DNA of 64,000 bases. Origin: an uncultured Bacilli bacterium (GTDB taxonomy: Bacteria; Bacillota_I; Bacilli_A; RF39; UBA660). The stretch is taken from NCBI GenBank assembly GCA_947625505.1, contig CANQON010000006.1, positions 3,903-67,902 on the forward strand, written 5' to 3'. The notes beneath the pieces are model-generated. The model was given only the letters and a program-made list of their open reading frames with translations, was not told the origin of the DNA and ran no database searches. The position numbers and the translations under genes are program-made. Shown piece by piece: positions 61,801 through 64,000 of this stretch (position 1 is the stretch's first letter; each line of letters starts with the position of its first letter).

Positions 61801-63183
61801 TTATCTCTCTAAATCATTTTTTGATTTTGAATGTTTTTTTAAATAATCTCTTGTTGTATCAATAGCATAATCAATATCATTTGCTTCATACCAAGTATAT
61901 GGTATATGAAGAATATCAAATACTTTAGAAGTAAGAGAATATATTTTATTTTGAATTTTTTCTTTAAATAATTTAAATTCATTAGATAATTTTTGAAATC
62001 TTGTTTTCCAATCATTTATCTCATTATCTTTTTCATAAATAATTTGTTTTTGATTACTAATAATCTTATTTTGTTCTTTATAGGTTTTTCCAGATTTAAA
62101 ATCATTTACTTGTTTTGTGAGTGATTTAATCTCTAAATCTTTTCTTAAATTATCTTCAGCAAGTTCTTTTGAATAAGTAGATAGATTATATATATCTTCA
62201 TCTTTATATTGCTTAATAAGACCTTTTTTAACAGGATTTAAAATATCTTTAGAAGTTTCTTTATCAACTTTATCAATAAACTCATTTTCGCTTTTATTTG
62301 CCTCTTTTAATAGTTCATTTTCTTTTCGTATTTTTTTGTTTAAAGCATTTAATTCTTTTTGTTGTTTCATAGCATTAGTTAAATGAGTTTTATCTCCACC
62401 AATTTCTCCTCTAAATAGGTTATAACCTTTAGATTTAATAAATTCGTTATAATCATCTTGTAAAAGAGTATAAGATGCATTACCACCTTTTTGTTTCCAA
62501 AATTGATCTGAATTTAAAAATTTACCTTTAACAGTTTCATAAATATTTTTTCCATTCTCATCTTTCTTTTGAATAGGTACTAATTTATTTTCTCCCTTTT
62601 TATTAGTTATCTCATGTTTTAATTGATGACCATTTTCATCTAGTTCAAATACTTTTCTTTTAACTTCATTAACTACTGGTGTAAAGTAAATATGCATGTG
62701 TGGTGTAGATTCATCAAGATGTATTGCTGCATATCTAATATTTTCTTTACCAACATAATCAGAAATAAAGCTAAGACTTTCATCAAAGAATCTTCTTATT
62801 TCAGTAGGTAATTGATGTTCTTCATCTATAATTACATGTCTAATTGGTTTGCTAGCATTATCTCCAGTTTTGTAAACTTCACCAGTATCTTTAAATTCCA
62901 TTCCATAATGCTCAAAGAATTCTTGACCACTTGATATTATTAGTCCATTTAATACCTTAGTATTTTTTTTATTTGGATTATAGTTTATATTGTTAGAGTA
63001 AAGATAATCATAAGTTGAACTAGCAAGAGTAGGACCATCATAATTTATTAATTCTATATTATATGGAGTTCTAGTGTTATCATATTTGCCTGATCCTTTT
63101 CGTTCTTTTAATTCTTTATCTAATCCACCAATATCTGATGCTTTAAATTTCTCTAATCGTAGTGCTTGTTTACCTGAGTACAT
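61801..63183 (-). CDS. Mob/Pre (MOB_V) relaxase, plasmid recombination protein family
   Basis: RTPYNIEL, YAAIHLDESTPHMHIYF (HxDExxPHxH), LQDDY, L.RGE, C-terminal coiled coil. Confidence 0.88.
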   Translation of the reverse strand: MYSGKQALRLEKFKASDIGGLDKELKERKGSGKYDNTRTPYNIELINYDGPTLASSTYDYLYSNNINYNPNKKNTKVLNGLIISSGQEFFEHYGMEFKDTGEVYKTGDNASKPIRHVIIDEEHQLPTEIRRFFDESLSFISDYVGKENIRYAAIHLDESTPHMHIYFTPVVNEVKRKVFELDENGHQLKHEITNKKGENKLVPIQKKDENGKNIYETVKGKFLNSDQFWKQKGGNASYTLLQDDYNEFIKSKGYNLFRGEIGGDKTHLTNAMKQQKELNALNKKIRKENELLKEANKSENEFIDKVDKETSKDILNPVKKGLIKQYKDEDIYNLSTYSKELAEDNLRKDLEIKSLTKQVNDFKSGKTYKEQNKIISNQKQIIYEKDNEINDWKTRFQKLSNEFKLFKEKIQNKIYSLTSKVFDILHIPYTWYEANDIDYAIDTTRDYLKKHSKSKNDLER

Positions 63184-63228
63184 TTATTTTTTCCTCCTTT
63201 CAAATCTGTTTTTAAAATAATACTCTAT

Positions 63229-63280
63229 CTCACTAGGGCATAATTATATGCCCAACCGTGAGCTAAGGAATATTCCTTAG
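63229..63280. other. Candidate oriT / hairpin cluster upstream of the relaxase
   Basis: CTCAC..GGGCATA-ATTA-TATGCCC..GTGAG and CTAAGGAA-TA-TTCCTTAG inverted repeats. Confidence 0.4.
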
Positions 63281-63439
63281 AATCCTTTATGCTTGTAATA
63301 GCTAGAGCCAATATTTGTTTGCTCAAATAAAGGCATCCCCTATTACAAGATTAATTAAATGATATACTATATCCTTTAATTAATTGATAATGAATTCACT
63401 ATCGCCACTTCCAACCTAACAGGTCAGAACGTGCCACGT

Positions 63440-64000
63440 TTATTCATTATTTTCTGAAGGTTCTTCATAAGTACAATGCCATAATCTTTGATTACCATTT
63501 CTTTTATTTGTTATATGAAGACCTTCGTGCTCCAACACTTTCAAATTTCTTTGAATTAAGCCTCCAAGTTGTGTTGGAGTTAATAAAATATTTGTTTTAG
63601 ATAAAATATCTGATATTGTATAATCAAAATCTTTTTTAGAAACTGCATATTTTATAAATAGGAGTAGATTATAATCAGTTTCATCATTTGTATTCTCATC
63701 GACAACACTGAATGTTTGATTATCATTTCGTTTTAAATTCAATTCTAATCTACCTAAATCTCTGCCTTTATAATCTAAAGTTAGTTTATTATAATCATTT
63801 CTTGATTCCTTTAATTTAATAATTCCAGATACATCAGCATTTAATCCAACACTACCCATAGTGTCATCTCTTTTATTTAAATGATGAGTAACAAGTAATG
63901 TGATATTATACTTTTTACATAATTCTTTTAATTTTCTAAATACAACATCATTTATTTCTTGATAGTTATTTAAATCATAACTAGTATCAAATTTTATATC
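63440..64000 (-). CDS. AAA_25/RepA-like helicase, 5' end outside the window
   Basis: Frame stays open to the window edge: ..NNYQEINDVVFRKLKELCKKYNITLLVTHHLNKRDDTMGSVGL..; the HHxxK and GS motifs and KGRD are typical of AAA_25. Confidence 0.75.
   Translation of the reverse strand, partial: DIKFDTSYDLNNYQEINDVVFRKLKELCKKYNITLLVTHHLNKRDDTMGSVGLNADVSGIIKLKESRNDYNKLTLDYKGRDLGRLELNLKRNDNQTFSVVDENTNDETDYNLLLFIKYAVSKKDFDYTISDILSKTNILLTPTQLGGLIQRNLKVLEHEGLHITNKRNGNQRLWHCTYEEPSENNE

Larger units (their letters stand above)
60500..64000 (-). mobile_element. Integrative mobilisable element, left end (continues beyond window; boundary approximate)
   Basis: Co-oriented tyrosine integrase, MOB_V relaxase and AAA_25 helicase-like gene, with arm-type repeats at the end. 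Confidence 0.85.

Noticed and set aside
63440-63859. Stand-alone 139-aa protein as given in the ORF track
   Set aside because: The frame is open to the window end, so this is the C-terminal part of a longer AAA_25 protein

Overview
Very AT-rich chromosomal segment read in the standard bacterial code (TGA is used as a stop, Trp is TGG). The gene set includes a class B PBP, an LTA synthase, spo0A, pro-sigK, a ytlA-like ABC transporter, PFOR and a tandem ThyX, and it is compactly spaced. This fits a reduced, spore-forming, anaerobic member of the Bacilli, possibly RF39/UBA660-like (inferred). Most of the window is housekeeping: pcrA, nfo, rpmG, efp, pgk, tpiA, T-box-valS, ligA, recD2, lspA, a RluA/RluD-family gene, lepA, hemW, thyX, tmk and recG. 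The last ~3.5 kb is the left end of an integrative mobilisable element (tyrosine integrase, MOB_V relaxase, partial AAA_25 helicase), preceded by a promoter-driven candidate structured RNA. The most striking observation is an uninterrupted operon at 29400-33335. It encodes a pyruvate formate-lyase homolog whose main catalytic and substrate-binding residues are substituted, an activase homolog with the radical-SAM CxxxCxxC motif deleted, and a pilin-like/SGNH fusion. This suggests a co-retained pseudoenzyme pair. A similarly cofactor-stripped, isolated RnfC/RnfD pair lies at 20107-22216. All family assignments come from motif recognition by eye; no database searches were run.
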